Shown here piece after piece: positions 1 to 12,682 of a stretch of DNA of 64,000 nucleotides (positions within the stretch are counted from its first letter, which is position 1; each line of letters begins with the position of its first letter). The notes beneath the pieces are model-generated. The model was not told where the DNA came from. It saw only the letters and a list, made by a program, of their open reading frames with translations, and made no database searches. A program made the position numbers and the translations under genes. Source of the DNA: Xylographa opegraphella (lineage: Eukaryota); NCBI GenBank assembly GCA_022813865.1, contig JALDZX010000006.1:248001-312000 (forward strand), in the 5' to 3' direction.

Positions 1-3000
1 CTTGTCATGATCGATAATGGGACCGTAGATGGCTGAACCTTCGTTTGCATCATCAAGGCTAGGAGCCAATGACTCCCCTGACGTCCAGCGAACCGTGCCA
101 GGCATGACCTTACGCATAAGTGGAAACCAAGGAGCTGGAACCCTTGGTCGAAGTGCTAATTGAAGGTAGCCAGGCGTGCTGTGGATAGCGTACCTGACAG
201 GGGACGCCGGTTCCCCCCCTTCTCTATCGCAGCGATCATTTATGGCGTGGCCATCGACAGACGACCATAAGGGAAGAAATTATCTGTACCAAGGGTGCCG
301 CACCCTTTTGCTCCCCACATACTAATAAGATAGAGTTCGAGCAGGCAGTGGAAAGTGTACCTGAGCGCCTTCATCGCAGGAAATACACCATTAGGAGTAT
401 TTCCCTACCGGCCCGTCTCAGCGTCGGGTGGCGTAAAAAACCGAAAGTATATCTTTCCGCATCCGACGCCGTAGGAATTTTGGGGCGTTTATCATCCGAT
501 GGCGCTCTTGGAACAGGCGCTTCCCTTTCCGATCGTATGTGCTTACAGTAAATTCTGACCCTAAAAGATTGCTACGGCTCATCATAGCTTCGATAATGCC
601 TGACAGGGGTTGATAGATACATACCGGCATCTCAGCACCCACAGTCTGTGCCAAGTAGAGATACAGAGCGAATCAGCTGATCAACTCCTCATGCGGCACC
701 ACCGCCAGCTGAACAGCTGAAACACCACGTAGCCGTGGTTATGTATACAGAGGCTTAACGGCCTTGCTTTATTGTGGGGCTAGAACACTGCCCAAGGTGA
801 CAGCCGGAGGAGGCTGGAGAAGTGTCGATCCTCAAACACATCCAACCGTACCGGAATTGAGCAGGCCGCGTGGAAGCTAGCATTGGAAGATCCAGGTCGA
901 CATCAGAATCCACGTAGGCGACGACGCATAAGCACGTGGTAGGTAAGCCCATGATGTCGACTAGAGTGAGCCTGCAATGAAGTTGATGGTGTTCTGCCAC
1001 GCGATATGATTAGCTGAACTCATTGCGTGACCTTCATCCGTGCTCGGCGGTGTTATCCTTATAGGAGGATGACCCGACGGTAATCGAGATGAACCATCCG
1101 CTTGACAGGTTCTGCCTCGGGATATTATTCGAATCCCACACCTTGTGGCAGCTCGATATGAGCTGAGATGCAATTTAACCAGATATGGCACCTTGCACCC
1201 GTTGATTCAGCTTCGGAGCGTTCCTGAAGCTATCAAGCGTCCCGAAATCATATACGCGCCTCAGTGATTCACGAATGATATCAATATTGAATTTCTGAGT
1301 AAAAATTAATGCGGAACTTTCTCGAAGTTTCGCAGCCATGGATGTAGCATTGCTAATGCAAGTAAAAGCCTAACGGATAATATAAGGCGTAGGTTCATCT
1401 TGTGTGTATACTGATTGGATGCACCGGAGATCAGTGAGAGCGGTAGACCAGCCGCAACACTCTATTACCAGATACTCCGTACATCTTGATACAATAACCA
1501 AGACGCGATAATTGCGTTTGCGTCTTGACATAATAACACAGCCATACAATCTCGAGGACGATCATAAGTCATCTTAAGTGGTCGTACGATATAGAAACAA
1601 TCGAGGTGATTGAATAGAGCGAAGTTGACAGAAGATTTGCTTTCATACGTAGCGAGCGGCTTTCCAAACGTTTCTTGTTTCTGTAGACCCGACAGCGTAC
1701 GGCACTATCAGCCACGCTCGTTGGATGTGGAAAGCACAGTCTAGCGATATTGTGTCAAGCACCAGCAATTGTTAGTCGTATTATGTTGGTTGCGAAGGCA
1801 GCCCGATCTACCGTCGAGACAATAACATTTGTTGGTCTCCTGCTGGCCAAGTCGAATCAATATTGTGGAAACGAGGGTTTGTCCCTTTCGGGTAATACCT
1901 GCGGTCACGTGCATCGGATTGAGTCACAGCCACCGATCGGTGTGGCTTATGGTGTCACAGATTCCCGGTGTGTTGTTCTAGAGTGCTTTCAAATCCAAGG
2001 GAACCAATGAGCACACCATACGGCGGACCGCCATTTCCACAGGCGGAGAAGGTTCTTTCGCAGCACTTCGAGGCACGTTTTGCGGTGGTGCTGGGGAAAA
2101 TGCAGCGGTGACCGGCGGGAGCCTTCCGACGAGAGTTCAGCCTCCGTCGGCTCAGCCTCAGCGGGCTAAGCGGGCCGTAGGCTACGAAGTAGGATAAGGT
2201 TTAGGATGACATAGTGCACGCTTAAATCCGACGGGCGCCAATGAGCGAAGGATGGTAGCCGCCGAACGTCCGGGATTAGGGCTGCCCTATCTCCATTAGT
2301 TCCATTAGTGTTCTAAGCGTCTGATGACACACGTGGTAGGTAGGGTTAGTAAGGCAGAGACCATTCCTGCTCCTGATGCTGATGCTGTCATCCTGTCTGG
2401 ACGAACATTAGGCCGGCTTACTCCTTGTATACAGGCTGGAACCGCAGTGTCTATGCTCGTTTGAGATACCGTTTCCGCTCCTCCAATCCCTCCCCACGCC
2501 CGCTGCTTTTGTGCTCATCGACCGTTCGTCCGAATCGAGTGCTTGGTCTGGTGGGCATCTTCCGTCTACAGTAGCATTCTAGTGGCTTCTCCGGAGCCCT
2601 ACTAGCCCTGCGGCTAGGCCTGCATGCTGTCGAAGGCATCATTTGCCGGCACCCAGCAATATCCTCCTCTCGCTGCTTCTCAGGCATCGAGTCTCAGCTA
2701 ACGTGTTCGCTGAAGTAGTGATTCCGCTCGTGGCGACTGATGGGTCTCTACGAATCAAACTTGTTCCAAGCATAGAGCCCCTTGAGAAAGCCGGAGCTCG
2801 ATCAGGCTCCACTGTGATACCATCGTTGCTTGTTCCCCGAACGCTGTTTCCAGTACCCCTGGCAGTGTAGTGGCCGTTTCCTAGCGTCTAGCTTATTGAC
2901 CAGTGCATACGCCGTCCCTATCAAACCGTTCGAGATTGTTGTATGACTCGCGCCCCTCATGGCATTCCTTTCCGTCATTCCCGCTGTCCCAAGCACATGC

Positions 3001-3532
3001 CTGGCTTGCGGCTGTAATGAACCCTCCCACAGCGCTCATGTTGGTAGCTCCTGCTCTAATATTGGCAACCCGCCGTTCACCGCCTGCCTCGTGGCGTTTG
3101 GGTCGAGTATACTGCAGAAACAGTACTGTGCGAGCGGTCAATGTGTCCACATATGTTTCAGTGATCACTGAGACTGAGGTTCAAAGCTGTATCGATCTGG
3201 CCTAGTTCTGCCTTGCGGTTTTGTGTTTAATCATTGGAGGATCCATGTTTCTATATGCAGATATCAAAGGTGGTGGTTTCTTTTTTAACAGTGGGTCGCC
3301 GGCAGTATATGAGATCGAGTGAAGACAAGACTTTTCTTCTGGCGCTACGTTAGGGAGCAGAGCTCTGTATGTTCTATTCTTGCTTCACACTGCTTTGTCA
3401 TTGCCATCTGTCATATACACACCGATTTATTCTCAACAAGAGTCCTATTTGATGTTCGATCCGTCCCATCGGCACTGGAAAAACCTGCAAGGTTACGCTT
3501 CCTCAAGCCTATCCCCTCATCACCGTTCCCAA

Positions 3533-4144
3533 ATGTCCGGAAGTCAGCAAGGTGGCGAAGGCTCTGGATCTCAAGGGGAAGACTGGAGGAATATCGCAGA
3601 TCAGAGTGAGAGACGAAAGATACAAAATCGTTTGGCGCAACGCAAATACAGTGAGAGATCTTCGACTACATCGAAGGAAATGACATTAACACGTCGGAAT
3701 TCAGGAGAAAAAGAGAAGCGAAAACGTGAGGATGATGCGCGCATAGCGGAGAACCAGCAAGCCGCGGGTTCAGCGTACGCCGCACCTAACGCGAGAGACC
3801 TTGCACCCAATGCGAATCCGGTTGGGCTGCCGTGGGGTAGCGTGTCCATCAAGCACGTCCTCGAAGCAGGTAAAGCAAAGGAGCAAAAGGTACAGCAAGC
3901 CTCTCGCGAGGGTTCCGCTGCCCCAACGTCTGCTCGGCATACCACCCAGGGGTAAGGTCCATGTGGGTTGTTTCCTCTGCGCAGTGAGTACGCGAGTGGC
4001 TAATGTAACTTCCAAGACAGTACCTGGCCAATATCGGCTTACAGCTCTCTACCCAATGGGCGAGAAGTACGCCAGCGTGGGAATACTATTGGAGGAGGTA
4101 GCTATGGAGTTTCGAGCGCACCAAGATACCGGGACCAGAGTTGA
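3533..4144 (+). CDS. bZIP-domain transcription factor (small fungal type), spliced
   Basis: EDWRNIADQSERRKIQNRLAQRKY basic region and GLPWGSVSIKHV motif typical of fungal bZIP proteins. Predicted introns 3651-3704 and 3952-~4020; start and 3' end uncertain. Confidence 0.75.
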
Positions 4145-5621
4145 TAAGCGAATTCCATGTGCTCGTCTCATTTGTTGCATTTTCAGGCGTTGAAAAGGGT
4201 AGAGTATTTACCGTTCGTTCATTGTATCACATATTCTGCCTCCGAGCGAGCGCTTGTTGTTGTACTGCAGAAAAATCGTGATTGCGGAAATTGCTGTTTA
4301 AATATTCTGTTTTAAAACATGCTCAATGTCCTTGTATGCTCCCATCAGCTGTCAGTCAATCGAAAAAAGGCCTAAAGAGACTCTGGTATCAAAAGCATGG
4401 ATGCATATCGGGGACACCGAACTCTCACTATTACAGTTCTCATCACCATGCTCGGAGCTATGCAGGGTATCCTTGAGGCGTATTCATGCCATTGTGAGCA
4501 CGATTGCGCACTGGTCATGCTCGCTAGCCAAAGAGGACTGGTCACCACAGCTGGTGAGCGACTCTCGCCCTTAGATGCGACGACACGGTATAGTACGACA
4601 GAAGAAGCATGATGATTGTGACAGTATTGGAAGTCATTACAGACTGAGGTACATGTTGGAAACACTAGTATTTCGAAGGCTTCCATCCATGCTTTTCCAA
4701 GTGCTAATCTGCCTCTGGCTGGGTCAACGGTAAGGTAGACTACTTGATATTGGAGCACGTCGAGCTAAGCTCTATCCGGCTACTGTCCGAAGGTCCGACG
4801 TTCAAAAACTTTCACCGAGGCCCAATCGATTTGGAGAGCCGCTATGTGGCACAGCTCTTCACAGCAAACTCTGACTCAATCGGCTCTAGTGGCCATCTGA
4901 TGAATCCGAGATGCACAACATGGTTCCTTCCGACTTCAAGCCCCTCCACCTCCACAGTCCACGATGGCCGACCCATCATATGCCGGCCTGATCACTGCCA
5001 GCAAAGCGACCCACGATGCTGCGCTGTATCGGTTGGTGCCCTGTGTCAGTACGTGCCGTGCCCCTCTAGTTCCTACACCAGCTACTGACGGAGGCTGATA
5101 AGGGCACCATTGGCATTGCGAGGAATCTCTGCTCAACGGCGACTGCTCTCGTGTAGGTAGTCTGCCTTACTGCATCACGGACCACGACGCTACGGCCCCA
5201 CCTATCCAGAGCTAGGTTACTGCGTTAGGTTGAGAGCCCAATGTCATTGATCGACCGGGTCCCTCCGCGGCGATACGCAATAGCCGTCACTATCGTCTGC
5301 GGATGGCGCGTACGCCGCAGCTTCTCTCAGCTCTGATAGACGCCCACCCAATCAGAGCTACCAATGTGCTTCGGAGACTACGATCTTGTTCCTGACCGGG
5401 GGGCGGAGGTGTGACTCTAATCCACCGCACAAGCCGTTATGCCGTCTTTCGGCCGTCTTTCGAAGAGAATTCTGGCGGCAAGCGCCAATTGAGGCTGAGG
5501 GCCTCCTTTCTTGAATTCTCCAGCTCTGGTTTCGTGCCTCAACAGCTGTCTGCCTGAGCAAGATGTCGAGCCTTAAGTACATAAGAGGGTCATGGATTTG
5601 GTTGAACGATACGATACTCGC

Positions 5622-5719
5622 AGAGACCATCGCACACGGCCTGCAACATTTTCATGTCAACCCCTACACGAGAGACCATCGCACACGGCCTGAAGTATTT
5701 TCATGTCAACTCCTACGCG
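5622..5719. repeat. Imperfect 49-bp tandem duplication (2 copies) spanning the start codon of the SWIM gene
   Basis: agagaccatcgcacacggcctgcaacattttcatgtcaacccctacacg followed by agagaccatcgcacacggcctgaagtattttcatgtcaactcctacgcg. Confidence 0.9.
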
Positions 5720-7285
5720 AGAATTGGAAGGTCTATCCATCGGAGGTCACATGGCAACTGCGCGTCAGCGAGGTCAACGTATCCGACGAGCACGACAAGC
5801 GCGGGAGAAAGCCGAGAACGAGGCTAGGGCGTTGGAAGAAGCTCAAAGAGTTACACCTACGGCTGGTCCTTCAGGTGCTCGACTTCTCCGTCCTTCAACT
5901 ACAGTCTCGGGACGATCAGGCATAAAATACGATGTCAGCGCGCTTGCACCACAATCAAGAGCCGAAGCCATGGAAGCTTTTCAGTCAACCGCATTCACAG
6001 TCAAACATGCACATGAGATAAGAAGTAATGGTGGGGTTTACTTTGCCTTCCAGCTGAAAAAACCAGAAAAACCAGAAAGTATCAGAATAAAGGACCCAGC
6101 GTCGGGTGGAGTAACCTGCACATGCACTCGGTTTAAGCAAAACATAGTATGCGCGCATGTATATGTGAGTTCTTTCTTTGTTCCAAGTTGCATCTCTTGG
6201 CTATACGTCTTGAAACGCTAACTTTTTCCTAGTGGCTGTACGATGAATTCAATCACATGTTCTTAAATCCTCCAGTCGCTACAATTCAGATTGCCAGAGA
6301 AAGCAGCATCCTTCTTCAGCTAGCCAATTTTCACGCCAACATCGAGAACCATCTTCATCAAAGTGAGAACAATCTCGCCAGCCTCACAAAGTATCTTAAC
6401 ATGACTTCCCATGGCGATGTTCACGCCGAGGGCGATGAAGACGATACTGATCGTAGTTCACAGTCAGACGACGAGGACAGTGATGATAGCTTGCCACCCA
6501 GGCACGCAGATTCTACGGAGTGGGTTATCGACATGCTTTCCGTTTTCGATGAAGAAAGATTACCCGACGAGTATGCGCAACAAGTGTTCGTACAACAATT
6601 GCTCAGAAATATCCCTACCCCGCGAGATATAATTGATCGCAAGAATCTCGCAGCCACCTTACATGGACTTGCCATCTACGACAGGACACTACGGAGACGT
6701 CTTCGCCTGGTTCTGACCAAAGAATACTGCGCGCTTGACTTTTTAAGGAAGGTTGAGAATAGAATTAATTCAGGCATGGAAGGTCTCAATGTGCCTACCA
6801 ATCGCAACATCGTAGGAGAAACCGCTGCTCTCTTATGGCGCTACGTGGATCAGATTTCACAATATATTGAGGACAAGGCGCCTGTTTCCATGGGGGTGAA
6901 GAGAAAGGCTATCTGGATAATCGTGGATCTCCTCTACAACATTTGTGACTGCGACTGGAAACCAACAGTCAGAGATCAAGCCGGGGACCGGAAGCGTCAC
7001 CTATTTGCCCAACTCATCGGAAACCGGATCAAGTCTGAAGCTGAATCTGAGCCAACATTTTTCATTCTCGATAGCCTCGAGAACTTCGTCGACATTGAAT
7101 GGCAAGCCCGCTTGGAGCAATTGCAAAGTGTGCTTGTATTATTGAAGAAAGCCAAGGCTCCTCAAGCATACATCAAGAAGCTGGAAGCCATAATTGAACC
7201 ATATGTGCCTGACACGACGGCAGTTCCGGCTATCGAGGAGAGCATAACAAGGTCTACAAGCAAGCGACCTCGATTGACAAGGTAG
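5703..7285 (+). CDS. SWIM zinc-finger domain protein (~504 aa)
   Basis: CTCTRFKQNIVCAHVY|W fits CxC-x(n)-CxH. Intron 6165-6232 (GTGAGT..CTAAC..TAG) joins ORFs 5703 and 6257 in frame. Confidence 0.75.
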
Positions 7286-9176
7286 CAAGGAGCGCTGCAA
7301 TGTTTTAAAGTATTTTTATCATAGATCGGGCGTTTGCAGGCTTTTCATATTTTTGATTCACTGGGGTTGGCTTCGTCGGGCTGTATGAGTAAGCATTTGC
7401 ATACTTATCGTTCTGACCTGGCGTCCGCGTTGTGTCTGATTTTCCGTTACAAATTCGTTGTACATCGTATTGTCTTCTGCGTTGTCTGAAATCAGATTTC
7501 CTGTGAAAAGGCTGGTCCTAGCTGGTTGCTTGATGCAGCGTTCTCTGATTCTTCAATGTTTAATGTTTAGTATTTTTCGCATCCAAGTACAGTAACTAGG
7601 CACAGGCTGGTCCTGACACGAAATCTTACTCCATATTTCATAGATGATATCTATTCCGTGGTTTTTTCTGAACCTTCCCACGACATCGTCTCCACTCTCT
7701 AACTTCCTCCATTGGCCGAAGATAGGACCTGCAGAACCACGAGTCCCCGCAACCCAGCTGGGCCGTGCGCTTTGAGCAACGATATCGCATCCATTCGCTC
7801 ATATCGCTGTGGTCACTGCAATGAAACCGAGAATTTAATAACCCATCTCACGCGCAAAAGTTAGAGGATAGCAAGGCCTAAATTCTCAAACCTCCAACAG
7901 ACGCGGGAATACCCATTTCCCAGCTCCAGGCCGCGGTTGCCACAGGCTAATTCTCCCACAAATGACCACCACCACCTCCTCCTCCCCTTAGCGTCTCACG
8001 ACATCCCATCTCAAACTACACACTTCGATCTCCACCTTCACGAATCATTCCTCCTTCGCGCCCCGGGCCCGCGTCAACATCCCAACGAGCCGAAGCAGCC
8101 GCTGCGTCTGGCACTTCACTAGCAAGGAGCACTTCCCGTTCCCATGCCTTGCTGGAGAGACCCGTTCGGTATGGTTCTTAAGACGGAATGGTAAGGGTAA
8201 GTGGGATGACGTTTGGGTAGTGGATTTCCGATGTCATATATGGGGGACTCTAGGAGACCATGGCGGAGGAAGCTCACGAAGAGCTAATAGTGAGGACAGT
8301 GCTGTTCTGGGGAGAGTGTCACTGGTTTGATGAAGTGGTCGGATAGGGAGGCGTGGAGCAGCCTTCCACATTCTATTTCTCAAACTACGTTTCACTGATA
8401 TGCAATATGGTTTCACAGAGGTTTTATTGATCACGGGTGTCGATTACATACCCCCTGACACACGGGGGTTTTATTCATGACCGTAGTTATCATCTTACGA
8501 AAACAGATTTGATGGCAGGCCATATGCTGAGTCCATGGACCTTCGGGTGTGGCGTCGATGGCAAGAGGAACTGTGATGGAAGGCCGAGGTGAAGGCGAGT
8601 GGTTTAGGCAGCTATCAATGCACCGTTCAATAATGAATCACATGCTTGTCGCCTCACCGACAAGGATGGCTGAATAGGAGATCAACTCGGTAATGATGAT
8701 CTCACCACAATTAAGCTTTAACCTTAAATCAACCTGGCGGGATGCACTTTAAGGGGGTGTCTAACGGTAAATGGAGCGTTGGGAACGTTGGGAGCGCTGG
8801 GAGCGAGCTTGGATCCTCGTAAAAGCAAAGTCCAGACTCTCTTAGGAGACGATTGGCTTTCGCCCCGGAACCAATCAATAGCACGATGCCGAAGTGAAAT
8901 CCAAGACCCGGCAATCGTTGCCTGGCCCAGTACAACGGCTTGCCAAGAATTCTCGCTCTTTCGCGTTTGGAATGTGCCCGAAGTGGCATTTTCTGACGCC
9001 TTGTCAACATGATGGCTTCGACGTGAGGACCGAGTGGAATAGTCCCCTTTGGACGGTACAAGAACTCTTCTTCCACGCTCATTATTTCGTTCCTTACTGG
9101 CAAGCGTCGATATCCTTCGATCATAAGCAGATCTTCTTGGCAGCGTCTTCCGTGAATACCTCAAGACCATTCTGTG

Positions 9177-11264
9177 ATGCCGTTCGGCAAGACTCTAGGA
9201 GTCTTCTCTAAGAAAGATGAGAAGCGCTCGAGTTGGGGCCAGAATACGGAGATCGGACGAGACACAACGTCGACACCCTCAACGCTCAGTCAAGCGGACA
9301 CTGGCAAAGAGCAATCACCCAAGGGTGATGATGTCGAAGCGACCTCTTCACCGAATTCGCTGAATGACTTGGAAGAAAAAATAATGCCGAACCTTGGAGG
9401 GGCAGAGGTCGCAAAAGAACCGCCAATAGACGAAAAACATGGAGGAGAGGTTCAAGATGATATCGTCTACCCTACCGGTCTCAAATTAGCCATTATCTCA
9501 TTGGCACTCTGTCTTTCGGTCTTTCTTGTGGCACTGGTCAGTCACTCTCCGCGTGAAATCCTGATGATACTGCAAACTTTTAGTCCCCGTTGCGTGAATA
9601 AGTCGCAACATATGAATATGCTGATTTTCTTGGAAGGATAATACGATCATTGCTACAGCGATCCCTCGCATCACCGACCAGTTCCACGCCCTCGATGACA
9701 TAGGGTGGTACGGTTCGGCCTATCTCCTCACTACCTGTGCATTTCAACTCTTCTTCGGCAAGCTCTACACTTTCTTTTCCATCAAGTGGGTCTATCTGAG
9801 CACCATTGCTATCTTCGAACTCGGGTCCCTGATTTGCGGAGTGGCACCTACATCTATCGCTTTTATCATCGGCAGGGCTGTTGCCGGTGTTGGATCTGCG
9901 GGGATTTTTTCCGGATCTCTGATCATCATCGCTTATACCGTACCGCTTATAAAGCGGCCTATTTATCAAGGACTCATCGGTGGATGCTATGGCATCGCTT
10001 CCGTTGCGGGACCTCTTCTTGGCGGAGTCTTTACCTCCAAGGCAACGTGGCGTTGGTGTAAGTCACTTGAGTCACTCCGAACTAAGGACGATGGTCGCTA
10101 ACTATAACATGGAAGGCTTTTACATAAACCTTCCGATCGGTGCTGTGACATTTCTTGTTATCACATTATTTTTCAAATCTCCCTCACGTCAGAAGGAAGC
10201 TTCGATAGGTTTCCAGGAACGCTTTAAGCAATTTGATCCCTATGGAACTGCTGTTCTCATTCCTGCTATCATATGTTTACTCCTTGGTAAGGAACCCAAA
10301 GAGCTTTTTGGTTTGATGACTATAAATAACATTCATAGCTCTTCAATGGGGTGGATCTACCTATGCCTTCTCCAGCGGTCGCATAATCGCTCTCTTCGTC
10401 ATCTTCGGATTACTCGTCATTTCATTTATCGGCATTCAAATCTGGAAGCAAGAAACCGCCACCGTGCCCCCACGAATCATTAGTCAGCGAAGTGTCGCTT
10501 TTGGCTTTTTGTTTGCGTTCTCACTCGGCGGTGCTTTCTTTGCAATTGTCTACTGTAAGCATTCCGCTTGAAGAGAATTTTGTATATGCTGAATGAGATT
10601 GATAATTTTAGATATACCGATTTGGTTTCAAGCCATCCAGGGCGTAAGTGCGGTGGAGTCTGGCATCCGCAACTTGCCTATGGTATTAGGCGTCGTCGTC
10701 ATGTCGATTGCCTCTGGGGTTGGAATCACCGTCCTAGGCTACTTTACACCTTTCATCATCCTCAGTTCAGTTCTCATGGCCATCGGTGCTGGTCTCCTGA
10801 GTACTTTCAGGGTAGGTACTGGATCCGCTGAGTGGATCGGATATCAGGTCATTGCAGGTTTTGGAGTGGGACTCGGTATCCAGACACCTGTAATCGCAAT
10901 TCAGACTGTCTTGCGACTTGAAGATGTTCCAGTGGGAACGTCACTTATTCTCTTTGCACAGACAATGGGGGGTGCGGTATTTGTCTCCGTGGCACAAAAT
11001 ATCTTCACGAACAAGCTTCTCTCCGGTATCATTGCCGCAGTCCCAAGCATTGATCCTGCACTTGTCTTAGCGACTGGTGCGACCAGCTTACGGACAGCTG
11101 TTTCGTCGAAGGACCTACCTGGAGTATTGGTGGCATACAACGCAGCTCTGGACCAGGTATTCTACATTTCTGTGGCGATGGCGTCACTGAGTATTGTCGG
11201 AGCCTTCGGCATTGAATGGAAGAGCGTGAAAGGCAAGAAAGTGGATGCCATGGCTGCTGCATAA
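9177..11264 (+). CDS. MFS drug:H+ antiporter, DHA2/14-TMS (AflT-like toxin efflux pump)
   Basis: Motifs [66 protein letters not shown]. Predicted introns ~9537-9636, 10058-10115, ~10287-10338, ~10555-10611. Confidence 0.93.
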
Positions 11265-12235
11265 TCGACGTCGAATCATCGTCATACATTTATTTCGAAA
11301 GCTTTTAAAGCTGGAGTATCGTCACTGGTGAACATTGACGAAAAGTTTGTGCTGAAAACTGGGACTAACAAGGTCGAAGGGCATTCATATCATCCGTGCC
11401 TGGGTCAGAAGCACTGCGGTATCAAGAATAGCTGTGTCGATCTCGATCCCGTGCACTAGCCATCTCTGTCTCCGCGAAGCACTCATCGTGCTGGCTTACC
11501 AGAATAATGTTGGAGACACCCATTCTGAGACCGAAGGTGTCTGGTGTTACCTATTATTAATGCTACAGTGGTATATCAAAGTGAAGAATATTTAGAACGA
11601 TGGACAAAGCGATAGAGGTCGTTATTGACAGCTCCCGTATGGAAGAGTGCTAATCCAGGCCAGGCTATTTTTTGTGTATATGTTATGGCACTGGTAATAT
11701 AATTTTGTGCCTGAAACACGGCATTGTAAATATTGTAACATTGTGTACTGCAATCTCAATTCTTTGTGCTACACGTACCACTATTATAAATTGTTTTAAG
11801 CAAAGCAACAAAGCAGGTGAATACTCCAGGCCAATACACTTACCCGTGGCATATTTGCACGCTCGACCTTCGTAAAGGATCCCCGGAAATGCCATGGCCC
11901 TCAAAAGGGAAGCGTATTTCCAAAATCCCGCAGTTTCCAGCCCTATGCAGAGTAATCACTGATGCCCCTTTTGGCGCACCATACTGAGCACAACTGAGGT
12001 ATTTTTCACCCTTGCGCAAATTTAGGGTTGTGTCAGTTATTGGACCAATAAAACCCTGCTCGCGCATTAGCCGGGGCTTAGGACGCGGTCATCGTTCTCA
12101 GGCAAAAATTAAGTTTCCACCGAGCCTACATAATCCCACATTACCATCTGGACTCACCCCACCGCCACAACATTTGTTCTTCTTGCCATAGCATATCACG
12201 GTCTGTCTTCCAATGCTATCTCAATAAGCTGCTTG

Positions 12236-12324
12236 GTAAGACTAATCTCGCTCTTATCGTTCTTTGGATTTTCATATACATCTCGTACTTTATCGGTTTG
12301 GGCTCACCGGATTGTGCCTTGCAG
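12236..12324 (+). other. Predicted spliceosomal intron in the ODC 5' leader
   Basis: G|GTAAGA donor, pyrimidine-rich body, GCTCAC branch-like motif, TTGCAG acceptor. Confidence 0.6.
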
Positions 12325-12395
12325 GTTTTTTTGCACAACAGGACACACATCCTTCACCACGGCTTCAGCAGCCTTAAAACAGTACTCCCTTCAAG

Positions 12396-12626
12396 ATCCG
12401 TCCACACGCCCACATCGACATATCCTCAACGATTTGCCACCACCTGCTGAGAGCCCCCAACAAGCCCAGTCCTGCACCATTTGAGGCAATACCAAATACA
12501 CCGCTGGTCCCTTCACCACCTCAGCTGCCGCATAGGACGTCTTTAGAGGTTCTTCCTCTTCACGAGGAAGAGTCGAGGAGGCCTCGTCAGATCAGCGTCA
12601 GAGCTGATCGCTTCAGACCACCCTAA
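12396..12626 (+). promoter_or_regulatory. Putative non-AUG upstream coding region (uCC-type uORF) of ODC ending ...VRADRFRPP-stop
   Basis: Stop-free, ATG-free frame 12378-12626; near-cognate starts ttcaagATC (12396), ACG (12429), ATT (12432); ends 56 nt before the ODC ATG. Confidence 0.6.
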
Positions 12627-12682
12627 CAGGACTTTGCCTGCTAAGAAACCCCTACTTACAACTCGCAAGCTTTTGCAAGGGA

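Noticed and set aside
2190..2360. Telomere-like TTAGGG/TAGGG words
   Set aside because: Scattered single words, not a tandem telomeric tract
1..3300. Short ORFs and possible decayed genes or a transposon in the first 3.3 kb
   Set aside because: No recognisable domain, terminal repeats or coherent spliced model
7937..8340. ORF-like C-rich to G-rich segment
   Set aside because: Interrupted by stops with no identifiable family; at most a pseudogene remnant
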